Assembly (NCBI GenBank): GCA_001179505.1
Contig: CDMY01000091.1
Location: 1 to 64,000 of the forward strand
Length of the DNA stretch: 64,000 bases
Source: Vitrella brassicaformis CCMP3155
Lineage: Eukaryota; Protista; Chromerida
Reading direction: 5' to 3'
Of the stretch, positions 1-11,373 are shown one piece after another. Made by a program: the position numbers and the translations under genes. The notes beneath the pieces were generated by a model. It was given only the letters and a program-made list of their open reading frames with translations, ran no database searches and was not told the DNA's origin. Within the stretch, counting starts at the first letter, position 1; every line of letters begins with the position of its first letter.

Positions 1-1294
1 AGAGAAGGTGAATGAGAATGACCTACCTGCAAATACGTGGGTCGTGATGCGTGTCCTGTCTCGGCCCCTCAGGTATGACATGAAGGTCCGCGAGCTCGGC
101 GCCACCCAGGATGAGATGCGCGCATCCGCTCAACGAGAACAGGAGCTGCAGACTAACGTATGTGCACACAAATGTATCCCTCAAGCCATCCATTAGAGAC
201 ACATCCTCTTTTCATCACTAATCAGATTCGCGACAAGACTCGGGAGCTGGGTGAGTGTCAGCAGCGACTGCGGCACGTGCAGGGCGCCCTCGAGCAGTCG
301 GAGAAGGACAGGCTGGAAATCAGACAGAAACATGTCGAAGTCGGGGAGAAATTCGAGCGGTAAGTCACTCATCCAATCCACACCTAAGGCGCCTCACCCA
401 AGCGGTTTGTATTATGTGTACAGATACATCCAGCGGGTGGAGCGTTAGAACAAGGCCGCTAAGGTATCTACCATACACACACACACGCAAAGCCACAGGT
501 GGATGTGTGGAATGTGGATGCCCGGCTGCGTTTGTGCAGACTCGGCTTGTCCAGTACAAGAAGCATGAGATCAACTCCATGGTCAGTCAGGTGCATGGCA
601 TGAATGGATGAGTGAAGCCGGACCACCTGCATGCCATGCTGACGGCCTACGGCTGTCGTGTACCATACAGACGGAGATCAGCACGCTCAAGAAGCAGTTG
701 GTCGTCAGTGAACAGGAGCTGGAGAATCTACTCATACAAATCAAGGTGGGTCAGCCAGACACACCGATGCACTCACTGATGATGCACAGATTTCTCGCTT
801 TTTTCTCTGTGCCGGTATCAGAGCTTCTTGCTCGAGCTGGAGCGCCGCGCTTATGTGTTGGAGGCCGATAACCAGGCCAAGGCTCGCGAGCACGAGCATC
901 TGATGAAGCAGCTGGCGCTCGCTGAGGCGTGGAAGGACCAAATCCCGCTCGAAAAGCGCCAATCCATCCTGCAGGCAAGACATATGAGCAGCTTCCAGAG
1001 ACAGACGCGTGTCATGTCTGCGTATGTGCGGTATTTATTGTCTTGGCGACTGTAACAGGACCGCTTGACGACTCACGACTCTCGACAGTGCCCGATGGAC
1101 CATCTGCCAACGCCGCCAGTGCCTCCCGATACTCGAAGCCTGGGTGCAGGGACGTCAACGTACAAGCAGGGGTACACCCACAAGGAGGTGCCGAGGACAC
1201 AGGCAGTCGTGCAGCCGCCCAGGCCTTACGCGCCGCTCAAGTTCGAGGGCACCTCCACACACAAGTTAGTAGGCCGAGGAAGGTGTCTCATGCG
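1..1294 (+). pseudogene. Copy A of a multi-exon coiled-coil + SAXO-like repeat gene, with a premature stop; 5' end outside window, 3' end runs into gap
   Basis: Spliced exons read YDMKVRELGATQDEM.../IRDKTRELGECQQRL.../YIQRVER*. TAG at 446-448 where copy B has GAG. The later exon DRLTTHDSRQCPM...GTSTYKQGY...PLKFEGTSTH carries the SAXO-type F-x-G-x-S-T-Y/H motif. Confidence 0.6.
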
Positions 1295-1594
1295 NNNNNN
1301 NNNNNNNNNNNNNNNNNNNNNNNNNNNNNNNNNNNNNNNNNNNNNNNNNNNNNNNNNNNNNNNNNNNNNNNNNNNNNNNNNNNNNNNNNNNNNNNNNNNN
1401 NNNNNNNNNNNNNNNNNNNNNNNNNNNNNNNNNNNNNNNNNNNNNNNNNNNNNNNNNNNNNNNNNNNNNNNNNNNNNNNNNNNNNNNNNNNNNNNNNNNN
1501 NNNNNNNNNNNNNNNNNNNNNNNNNNNNNNNNNNNNNNNNNNNNNNNNNNNNNNNNNNNNNNNNNNNNNNNNNNNNNNNNNNNNNNNNNNNNNN
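1295..1594. other. Scaffold gap (300 N)
   Basis: Run of N; sequence after the gap restarts a copy of 5-1294. Confidence 0.99.
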
Positions 1595-3022
1595 AGAAGG
1601 TGAATGAGGATGACCTACCTGCAAATACGTGGGTCGTGATGCGTGTCCTGTCTCGGCCCCTCAGGTATGACATGAAGGTCCGCGAGCTCGGCGCCACCCA
1701 GAATGAGATGCGCGCATCCGCTCAACGAGAACAGGAGCTGCAGACTAACGTATGTGCACACAAATGTATCCCTCAAGCCATCCATTAGAGACACATCCTC
1801 TTTTCATCACTAATCAGATTCGCGACAAGACTCGGGAGCTGGGTGAGTGTCAGCAGCGACTGCGGCACGTGCAGGGCGCCCTCGAGCAGTCGGAGAAGGA
1901 CAGGCTGGAAATCAGACAGAAACATGTCGAAGTCGGGGAGAAATTCGAGCGGTAAGTCACTCATGCAATCCACACCTAAGGCGCCTCACCCAAGCGGTTT
2001 GTATTATGTGTACAGGTACATCCAGCGGGTGGAGCGTGAGAACAAGGCCGCTAAGGTATCTACCATACACACACACACGCAAAGCCACAGGTGGATGTGT
2101 GGAATGTGGATGCCCGGCTTCGTTTGTGCAGACTCAGCTTGTCCAGTACAAGAAGCATGAGATCAACTCCATGGTCAGTCAGGTGCATGGCATGAATGGA
2201 TGAGTGAAGCTGGACCACCTGCATGCCATGCTGACGGCCTACGGCTGTCGTGTACCATACAGACGGAGATCAGCACGCTCAAGAAGCAGTTGGTCGTCAG
2301 TGAACAGGAGCGGGAGAATCTACTCATACAAATCAAGGTGGGTCAGTCAGACACACCGATGCACTCTCTGATGATGCACAGATTTCTCGCCTTTTTCTCT
2401 GTGTCGGTATCAGAGCTTCTTGCTCGAGCTGGAGCGCCGCGCTTATGTGTTGGAGGCCGATAACCAGGCCAAGGCTCGCGAGCACGAGCATCTGATGAAG
2501 CAGCTGGCGCTCGCCGAGGCGCGCAAGGACCAAATCCCGCTCGAAAAGCATCAATCCATCCTGCAGCAAGACATATGAGCAGCTTCCAGAGCCAGACGCG
2601 TGGATGTCATGTCTGCGTATGTGCGGTATTTATTGTCTTGGCGACTGTAACAGGACCGCTTGACGACTCACGACTCTCGACAGTGCCCGATGGACCATCT
2701 GCCAACGCCGCCAGTGCCTCCCGATACTCGAAGCCTGGGTGCAGGGACGTCAACGTACAAGCAGGGGTACACCCACAAGGAGGTGCCAAGGACACAGGCA
2801 GTCGTGCAGCCGCCCAGGCCTTACGCGCCGCTCAAGTTCGAGGGCACCTCCACACACAAGTTAGTAGGCCGAGGAAGGTGTCTCATGCGCTGGCTGCATG
2901 AGTGTGTGCGCGTGTTCAGAGCTGACTATCAGCAGTGGGAGCTGCCCCCTCCCAGGCGCCCTCAGGCGGTCAACGAGCTCGTGTCTCTGCCCTTCCAGGG
3001 CGCCTCCACATACAAGGTCACA

Positions 3023-3058
<36 letters not shown>

Positions 3059-3530
3059 AGAGAAATCACCATGGAGCCATGCACCTGCATTGCCGTGACT
3101 CTGTGATGGTGTCTGTCGTGTCAGAATGACTTCGATCACAAGGTGCTGTCCGACAAACCCCACGCCGAGAAGATGGAGTGGACACCCAAGTGAGACGACG
3201 AGCATTTATCGAGGCAGCCAGCCAAGGCGACTGTTGTCTCTCCCTCTCCCTCTTCCTCTGCCTCTCCCTCCGTCTGTGTGTTGTGCAGTCCGGCAAAGTT
3301 CGAAGCCGTGTTGAGCTACCGCGAGTCTTACGACGAGAAGCCCGTCGTGCAGGCCCGTAAGTGAGAAGTAACAACAGAGACAGACACATGTCGATAGATA
3401 CGCTGGTGGATGGCGGGCGGATAGGATGGATTGGCATGTGTGTGTGTGCAGCGCCTCCTCTGCCGTTTGAGGGCACTCCATACAGGGATTGTGTGGCTGA
3501 GGTTGTGTGGCTGGCAGAACTCATGTCGTG
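1595..3530 (+). pseudogene. Copy B of the coiled-coil + SAXO-like repeat gene, probably disrupted by a 1-nt deletion at a GC splice donor
   Basis: ~98% identical to 5-1294. Further exons ADYQQWELPPPRRPQ...PFQGASTYK, NDFDHKVLSDKP..., PAKFEAVLSYRESYDEKP, PPLPFEGTP. CTGCAG-CAAG at 2561-2570 versus CTGCAG-GCAAG in copy A. Confidence 0.55.
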
Positions 3531-4711
3531 AACACATGTGTTTTGGGACACTTATGTTATCTCTCAGCTGAATGAGCCTAGACGTATAAGGGCAGGGGGA
3601 GAAAGACTCCAACATCAGGGGCCCGACAAACACAGTCATCTCACACTAAGGCAGAACTTGTTTTCCTTTACCCTTAGGATCAAGAGTCGAGGGAGCGAAT
3701 GCCCGAAAATCCATCCATCCATCCATCAGAAAAGTGCCCATCGGGTGCCAAATCACATCGCCTATCGCCTTTTGCAGGCTGACATACATGCCTATGTACA
3801 GCAGCTGACTGCCTATGTCTCCACCCATGCATGCATCATCTAGCCCTGTCTCTTTCTTTGTCCCTGCTGGTGCAGTGTGCCGCGTCCGACAGATACCGCC
3901 TGGCGGCCTCGACCGCCGACTGCCGGAAGGCCTTGTCGTGATACTGATTCACACAGACACTGACCTTAACCAACTATGTCAAGCACGTGCTCAACCGACT
4001 CGACAAGGGGACGATCTGCCCACCCGCCAAGCCACACGCCCACAAGCCACCGATGACCCCCCCCGCCGACAGACGAGCGTGACTGACTTGATCTCTGGGC
4101 TGGAGGAAGCGTCTCTGCCGGAAGGGGCCGGACGTGGATGAAGGCATGTGTGGTTTGGGTCGTGTCTCGATACTACTTCGGAGTGCCATGCTCTTTTACG
4201 TGTACCATGCTCTTTTTTGCAACCTCTGTGGTACGTTACATTCTGTGGAGTGAGTGACTCTTTTTCAGATGGAGGGATGCGGTTGACGTGTGGGTCGGAT
4301 TTGTTGTTCGAGGGGCTCGACGGATGGATGGATGGATGGATGGATGGTCGTACAGTAGACGGGAGGGAGGGTAGATCTGTCGACTTGCGTGAGCGGGCAC
4401 TATATGTCTGTGGTGTGCAGTGCAAAGGCTCAGCTCGGCTGGGATTGACATCATCGACATCAATGCATACCAGTGAAATGAGCCATCCATCAGTGCAAAT
4501 CGGTAACACGCTGCATGCCATATCTTGTCCTTCGGTCGAGATCAACCGTCCTTGGGTCGAGATCAAGAAAGCTCGCAGTCTCCCCCCGCCCACAGGTTTC
4601 CTCTCCTCCCAAGAAGCACAACCCGATGGTGAAGAACCTTGTGAAGAATCCCTTTATGGGATTCGGTGGTGTTCCGCCGGAGGACCAGGCAAGCAATGAC
4701 TGATAGCTGCC

Positions 4712-5011
4712 NNNNNNNNNNNNNNNNNNNNNNNNNNNNNNNNNNNNNNNNNNNNNNNNNNNNNNNNNNNNNNNNNNNNNNNNNNNNNNNNNNNNNNNNN
4801 NNNNNNNNNNNNNNNNNNNNNNNNNNNNNNNNNNNNNNNNNNNNNNNNNNNNNNNNNNNNNNNNNNNNNNNNNNNNNNNNNNNNNNNNNNNNNNNNNNNN
4901 NNNNNNNNNNNNNNNNNNNNNNNNNNNNNNNNNNNNNNNNNNNNNNNNNNNNNNNNNNNNNNNNNNNNNNNNNNNNNNNNNNNNNNNNNNNNNNNNNNNN
5001 NNNNNNNNNNN
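4712..5011. other. Scaffold gap (300 N)
   Basis: Run of N. Confidence 0.99.
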
Positions 5012-6736
5012 GCTGGCAGAACTCATGTCGTGAACACATGTGTTTTGGGACACTTATGTTATCTCTCAGCTGAATGAGCCTAGACGTATAAGGGCAGGGG
5101 GAGAAAGACTCCAACATCAGGGGCCCGACAAACACAGTCATCTCACACTAAGGCAGAACTTGTTTTCCTTTACCCTTAGGATCAAGAGTCGAGGGAGCGA
5201 ATGCCCGAAAATCCATCCATCCATCCATCAGAAAAGTGCCCATCGGGTGCCAAATCACATCGCCTATCGCCTTTTGCAGGCTGACATACATGCCTATGTA
5301 CAGCAGCTGACTGCCTATGTCTCCACCCATGCATGCATCATCTAGCCCTGTCTCTTTCTTTGTCCCTGCTGGTGCAGTGTGCCGCGTCCGACAGATACCG
5401 CCTGGCGGCCTCGACCGCCGACTGCCGGAAGGCCTTGTCGTGATACTGATTCACACAGACACTGACCTTAACCAACTATGTCAAGCACGTGCTCAACCGA
5501 CTCGACAAGGGGACGATCTGCCCACCCGCCAAGCCACACGCCCACAAGCCACCAATGACCCCCCCCCGCCGACAGACGAGCGTGACTGACTTGATCTCTG
5601 GGCTGGATGCAGCGTCTCTGCCGGATGAGTTGCCCTCCTCCGTCGGGGGGTCGGGACTCGCTCCGCAGAAGGGGCCGGACGTGGATGAAGGCATGTGTGG
5701 TTTGGGTCGTGTCTCGATACTTCGGAGTGTCCCGGTCATTTACGTGTACCATGCTCTTTTTTGCAACCTCTGTGTACTTACATTCTGTGGAGTGAGTGAC
5801 TCTTTTTCAGATGGAGGGATGCGGTTGACGTGTGGGTCGGATTTGTTGTTCGAGGGGCTCGACGGATGGATGGATGGATGGATGGTCGTACAGTAGACGG
5901 GAGGGAGGGTAGATCTGTCGACTTGCGTGAGCGGGCACTATATGTCTGTGGTGTGCAGTGCAAAGGCTCAGCTCGGCTGGGATTGACATCATCGACATCA
6001 ATGCATACCAGTGAAATGAGCCATCCATCAGTGCAAATCGGTAACAGCTTCGCTGCATGCCATATCTTGTCCTTCGGTCGAGATCAATCGTCCTTGGGTC
6101 GAGATCAAGAAAGCTCGCAGTCTCCCCCCAGAGGCCCACAGGTTTCCTCTCCTCTCCCAAGAAGTACAACCCGATGATGAAGCTGAAGAACCTTGTGAAG
6201 AATCCCTCTATGGGATTCGGTGGTGTTCCGCCGGAGGACCAGGCAAGCAATGACTGATAGCTGCCGCAGTGCCAGTCATTCACTCATTCATCGTTGTCTT
6301 CGCTCCGGACGCCCCCTGCACTGACGCAGCAGCTGGGTGCCTTCTTGCCGCCCAGCCGCGGGGCGGCGACGATGCGGCCGCACCAAAGCAACGTCAGTTA
6401 CTATAGTACTAGTAAGTCATCCAGCCAATCAGGCAAGGCAGCCAGCCATTCATTCATTCATTCACTCATTGATACACCCGGCCCGAACGACGACACTCCA
6501 CCCCATCCATCCATCCATCCATCCAAACACTCAACCAGAGAGGCCCCACCCCACCGCACATATACTGTACATACCATACCGCACAAAACCTGTGCATACC
6601 ATACTGAACGAAAGGCCATGGCGGCACCAAAGCCAAGAGATCATTCGCCGTGGGTGGGTCACAGGGAGAGGGCTTGGGAGGGCGGTGTTGTGGTGGCTGG
6701 TGGACCCGTGGCTCGACAGGGGGCAAAAAGGTGGTG

Positions 6737-7036
6737 NNNNNNNNNNNNNNNNNNNNNNNNNNNNNNNNNNNNNNNNNNNNNNNNNNNNNNNNNNNNNNNN
6801 NNNNNNNNNNNNNNNNNNNNNNNNNNNNNNNNNNNNNNNNNNNNNNNNNNNNNNNNNNNNNNNNNNNNNNNNNNNNNNNNNNNNNNNNNNNNNNNNNNNN
6901 NNNNNNNNNNNNNNNNNNNNNNNNNNNNNNNNNNNNNNNNNNNNNNNNNNNNNNNNNNNNNNNNNNNNNNNNNNNNNNNNNNNNNNNNNNNNNNNNNNNN
7001 NNNNNNNNNNNNNNNNNNNNNNNNNNNNNNNNNNNN
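6737..7036. other. Scaffold gap (300 N)
   Basis: Run of N. Confidence 0.99.
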
Positions 7037-8095
7037 TGCCCACCCGCCAAGCCGCACGCCCACAAGCCACCGATGACCCCCCCCGCCGACAGACGAGCGT
7101 GACTGACTTGATCTCTGGGCTGGAGGAAGCGTCTCTGCCGGAAGGGGCCGGACGTGGATGAAGGCATGTGTGGTTTGGGTCGTGTCTCGATACTACTTCG
7201 GAGTGCCATGCTCTTTTACGTGTACCATGCTCTTTTTTGCAACCTCTGTGGTACGTTACATTCTGTGGAGTGAGTGACTCTTTTTCAGATGGAGGGATGC
7301 GGTTGACGTGTGGGTCGGATTTGTTGTTCGAGGGGCTCGACGGATGGATGGATGGATGGATGGTCGTACAGTAGACGGGAGGGAGGGTAGATCTGTCGAC
7401 TTGCGTGAGCGGGCACTATATGTCTGTGGTGTGCAGTGCAAAGGCTCAGCTCGGCTGGGATTGACATCATCGACATCAATGCATACCAGTGAAATGAGCC
7501 ATCCATCAGTGCAAATCGGTAACAGCTTCGCTGCATGCCATATCTTGTCCTTCGGTCGAGATCAATCGTCCTTGGGTCGAGATCAAGAAAGCTCGCAGTC
7601 TCCCCCCAGAGGCCCACAGGTTTCCTCTCCTCTCCCAAGAAGTACAACCCGATGATGAAGCTGAAGAACCTTGTGAAGAATCCCTCTATGGGATTCGGTG
7701 GTGTTCCGCCGGAGGACCAGGCAAGCAATGACTGATAGCTGCCGCAGTGCCAGTCATTCACTCATTCATCGTTGTCTTCGCTCCGGACGCCCCCTGCACT
7801 GACGCAGCAGCTGGGTGCCTTCTTGCCGCCCAGCCGCGGGGCGGCGACGATGCGGCCGCACCAAAGCAACGTCAGTTACTATAGTACTAGTAAGTCATCC
7901 AGCCAATCAGGCAAGGCAGCCAGCCATTCATTCATTCATTCACTCATTGATACACCCGGCCCGAACGACGACACTCCACCCCATCCATCCATCCATCCAT
8001 CCAAACACTCAACCAGAGAGGCCCCACCCCACCGCACATATACTGTACATACCATACCGCACAAAACCTGTGCATACCATACTGAACGAAAGGCC

Positions 8096-9253
8096 ATGGC
8101 GGCACCAAAGCCAAGAGATCATTCGCCGTGGGTGGGTCACAGGGAGAGGGCTTGGGAGGGCGGTGTTGTGGTGGCTGGTGGACCCGTGGCTCGACAGGGG
8201 GCAAAAAGGTGGTGCGACGTGCAACCTGGAGGGGTACAGACACCACACACACAATACACGTACACATATACATGTGTATACATGGATACATGTGTGTCTG
8301 TATTTAGGTGTCTTCGCCCCGGTCCGCCTCGCCGTCTACCTGGGTCAGTGCAGTGCTCAATGATGCTCAGCGCCGTGATGATGCTCGTCTTCGTTGGCGA
8401 GAAACACTCTGTCAAAGGTATACAGGTGACACAGATGGGGGGAATGGATATGTGCGTGTGTCGTGGGGTGGCTGCTGCTTACCTCAGACGATTTGCCAGC
8501 GAGTGAGCTCTACGACGGCACCACGGACGGGCGGCACACTCACCTGCATCGACGAAAAACCAAGGGCAAGGCAATCCACCACAGGAAGATGGGACAATGT
8601 CCGTGTGCATCGTGTGTACGTGTCCACTGGTCCCGTGTGTAACCACTCACCGCGTCAGGCATGCCAAGGTTGCGAGTGCGCAGATGCCCAACGACCTGCA
8701 CACCCATCCATCCGTCCATCCGTCCATGTACAAGTGGGTACGTATATGTGTGTCTGTCTGTGGATCTTTCCTCCTCCCTGTGTGTGTACCTGGTGTGATT
8801 GTGTGCGGTGAGTGTTTCAGTTGGGTGAAGCAGCGGCGCCCTCAAACAAGCAGAACCACGAGAAACTGGCAATCGAAGGTCTGCGACAGAGAAAAGAGTG
8901 AGAGTGAGAGTGATTGACTGTCATGCTTGACTTTTTTGTGTTACATAATTCACCTTGTGCAGCATCGAGTTGGCATCACGCTGGTGTTCAGGCGAGCGGA
9001 GATCTGCTGACGGTGGGCTCAGAGGGGGAGGTGAGTGTCGCGGGACATCTTGTTCGCCTCCCAGCGGCTGATGCAGGTTGTGAAAGTGAGTCAATTGGGC
9101 GAGAGACTGAGAGCAATGGCCGAGGGCTGTCGTGTGTGCCCGGTGGCGAGGTGGGCGGAGCTCTCCGTGGCGTGCTGTGACTCCCCGTACATGGTCACTC
9201 AGGGAAAAATCTTGAAGGTGGTGTCGGAGAGAGAAGTTGAGAGCACCATGTGA
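8096..9253 (+). CDS. Hypothetical multi-exon protein
   Basis: Short coding-like blocks bounded by GT/AG with (TG)/(CA) introns: MAAPKPRDHSPW, WLVDPWLDRGQKGGATCNLEG, VFAPVRLAVYLG, DDLPASELYDG, ELSVACCDSPYMVTQGKILKVVSEREVESTM*. No recognised domain. Confidence 0.3.
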
Positions 9254-10194
9254 CGCAGCATGACGAGCTGCGCATGTTGGTGTACTCAGAATGTGGCTGC
9301 GGTGCTTCCTCGTCGATTCGGTTATGCCCTTGTAACTCGACATTGGGACAGTTTCACGCGGACGACGAATGAGACACGGGTGCCTGTATCGGATTTGATG
9401 CCCATTCAATTCCGGTTCATATGCGCCCCACATCGGGTGGCCCCACGTGACCTCCATTTTTCAATAGGGGGGCACGCCCATGCGGGAGGGAGGGTAGATC
9501 TGTCGACTTGCGTGAGTGGGGGCGTGCACTGCGCATGTGCCCCTCTGTCTCCCTCTCTCTGTCTCAGAGAACACGCAATGAGATGAAAGAGCGAGATCTG
9601 TTGACGGACAGTCGTGAAGACAGCACGCGGGACGGTTGTCGTTAGATTGAGCCCCAGAACGGGGGTACCAGACAACACACCAGACAGCACAGTGAAGTGA
9701 GAGCACCGTTGCATCCTTCATGCCTTTCGTCGCATGGTAGGGCCGTCTAGCGTTAATTTACGAACTTCCCCGGGCGGTATCGGACAATGGGCGATTGGAT
9801 TGGATTGACAATCGAAGCGCGTCATTTACTTGATCCATGTAAGATGCATGTCTCTCCCCCCCCACACACACTCGATTGCTCCCCAGCACGGAAGTAACTG
9901 AGCTACGCCCCCATCGACTCAAAAGAAAGAGAAGCTGCCTGCCGTCAGAAGCCCCGACAAAACAAAAACAAGACAGTGCAGGTAGGTGGTGAGTCGCATC
10001 TTGACGCGTATGGATGCGTTGCCACTCACACACCTCCACGCACACATGGCATGCAGGTCCACAGAATAGCACCCCCCCGTCTCTCTGTTTCCGCATCTGT
10101 CTGTCGTCGTTCCGAGAAGTCTCTTGCCTACTCGGTCCCCACTGTAGCGGGGGAAAAATACAGCAAATGGGAAGGGGGTGTAAGCAGCATAGCA

Positions 10195-10256
10195 TCTGTC
10201 TGTCTGTCTATCTGTCTGTCTGTCTGTGTGTCTGTCTGTATGTCTGTATGTCTGTA

Positions 10257-10287
<31 letters not shown>

Positions 10288-10311
10288 GTGTCTGTCTGTC
10301 TGTCTGTCTGT
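10195..10311. repeat. (GTCT)n/(ATGT)n compound microsatellite
   Basis: Directly visible tetranucleotide array. Confidence 0.95.
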
Positions 10312-10475
10312 CTTGGCCTTTATCCCTCGCCCTCTTGCATCTTCCCTCGTCTTCCCTATGAATCTATGGATGTATGCAAACCCCTCGATCGCTTTCCCGT
10401 TCTTACAGTTAAACACAAGTCAGTCAGCACAAATACACATCGGACGATATCCCCTGACTTGTGCTTCAATCACAC

Positions 10476-11373
10476 TCACGGAGCCATCAGTCCCCTGTTC
10501 CTCGTCGCAGCTTCTTCCAGCGCTTCGACCTTCTTGATGAGCTCCTGCGTCACGCTGAGGTGCGTGTAGAGGAGCTGCGTCATGTCCACAGCCGGCCGCT
10601 CATCCGGCTCGTCCTCGCTGACCATGTTGGGCGCCACCTGCCCGTTCGCGCACACAGACACACACAGACGTATGTCGCGCACACATTAGCTCCATCGACA
10701 TGTGCTGAACGACACACACATCCTTCGACGCACCTGCTTCACATCCGGGGCCGACAGACCCAAGACCTGCCCGGCGCTCTTGATCTCCAGACGCTTGAGG
10801 GTGTCAATGGCTGCCGACCGCTGGCCGGCGTCCTGCACTGACATGTCCGCAGATTCGCTCGTGTCGATGTGGTACGTCCGCGCGACCATGGATCTGCTGT
10901 GGGTGTGGGGGCAAGTGCAGGTTGTGGTCGCGTGGACAATATCAGCGTACACGCCGTTTTTTACGAGACAATTGTCAGCCGCCATCAGGTCATCTGCACA
11001 CATCACACAACATTCAGTGGACAGACGCAAACAGCGACGGACGACGGCAACGCCCGCCGCGCAGCATGGCTATTGATGATACGATCAGGGCCCACTCACC
11101 CCTGGCACAGATGTCGCCGCTATGGATCGTATGCCCCGAATGGCATTCTTCGCCGATGGAATCGGCCTTCAACGCCTACAAGGTGGGACAGTACGCGACC
11201 AAGGAAACAAAACGCACCGCCGCTGAATGAGCGAGAACACACGTGCGGCGACACAGCGATCTCACCTGGATGGACCCCTCGACTTGGAGGTCGTCTTCAA
11301 TAATTTCAGCTGAGTGAATGCCCGAGAAGGTGATAGCAAGGACGGCGACGAACACTCCCAGAGAAAGCGTCAT
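10476..11373 (-). CDS. Secreted ~201-aa protein with C-terminal ICA / Peptidase S74-like (tailspike chaperone) domain and coiled coil; 4 exons (11373-11266, 11175-11100, 10993-10734, 10637-10476)
   Basis: All three introns are GT-AG and phases join cleanly. Signal peptide MTLSLGVFVAVLAITFSGIHSA. C-terminus AIDTLKRLEIKS...LGLSAPDVKQVAPNMV...VDMTQLLYTHLSVTQELIKKVEALE parallels the ICA pattern ALxxIxxLxPxxY...GFIAQEVxxVFPxxV...VDYxxL...AIQELxxxVExLE. Confidence 0.7.

Larger units (their letters stand above)
3510..8214 (+). repeat. Three near-identical copies of a ~1.5-kb unit (3510-4711, 5012-6736, 7037-8214) separated by gaps; contains a hypothetical gene ending ...KNLVKNP(F/S)MGFGGVPPEDQASND*
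   Basis: Direct sequence identity at offsets ~1500; the same C-terminal peptide in ORFs 4515-4703, 6057-6257 and 7535-7735. Confidence 0.9.

Noticed and set aside
929-7209. Long ORFs spanning N-runs (e.g. 929-1603, 6294-7076, and similarly 33214-33984)
   Set aside because: Length is an artefact of translating gaps as X.
9919-10569. ORFs with TDRQ / SVCL repeats
   Set aside because: Translations of the (GTCT)n microsatellite, not coding.
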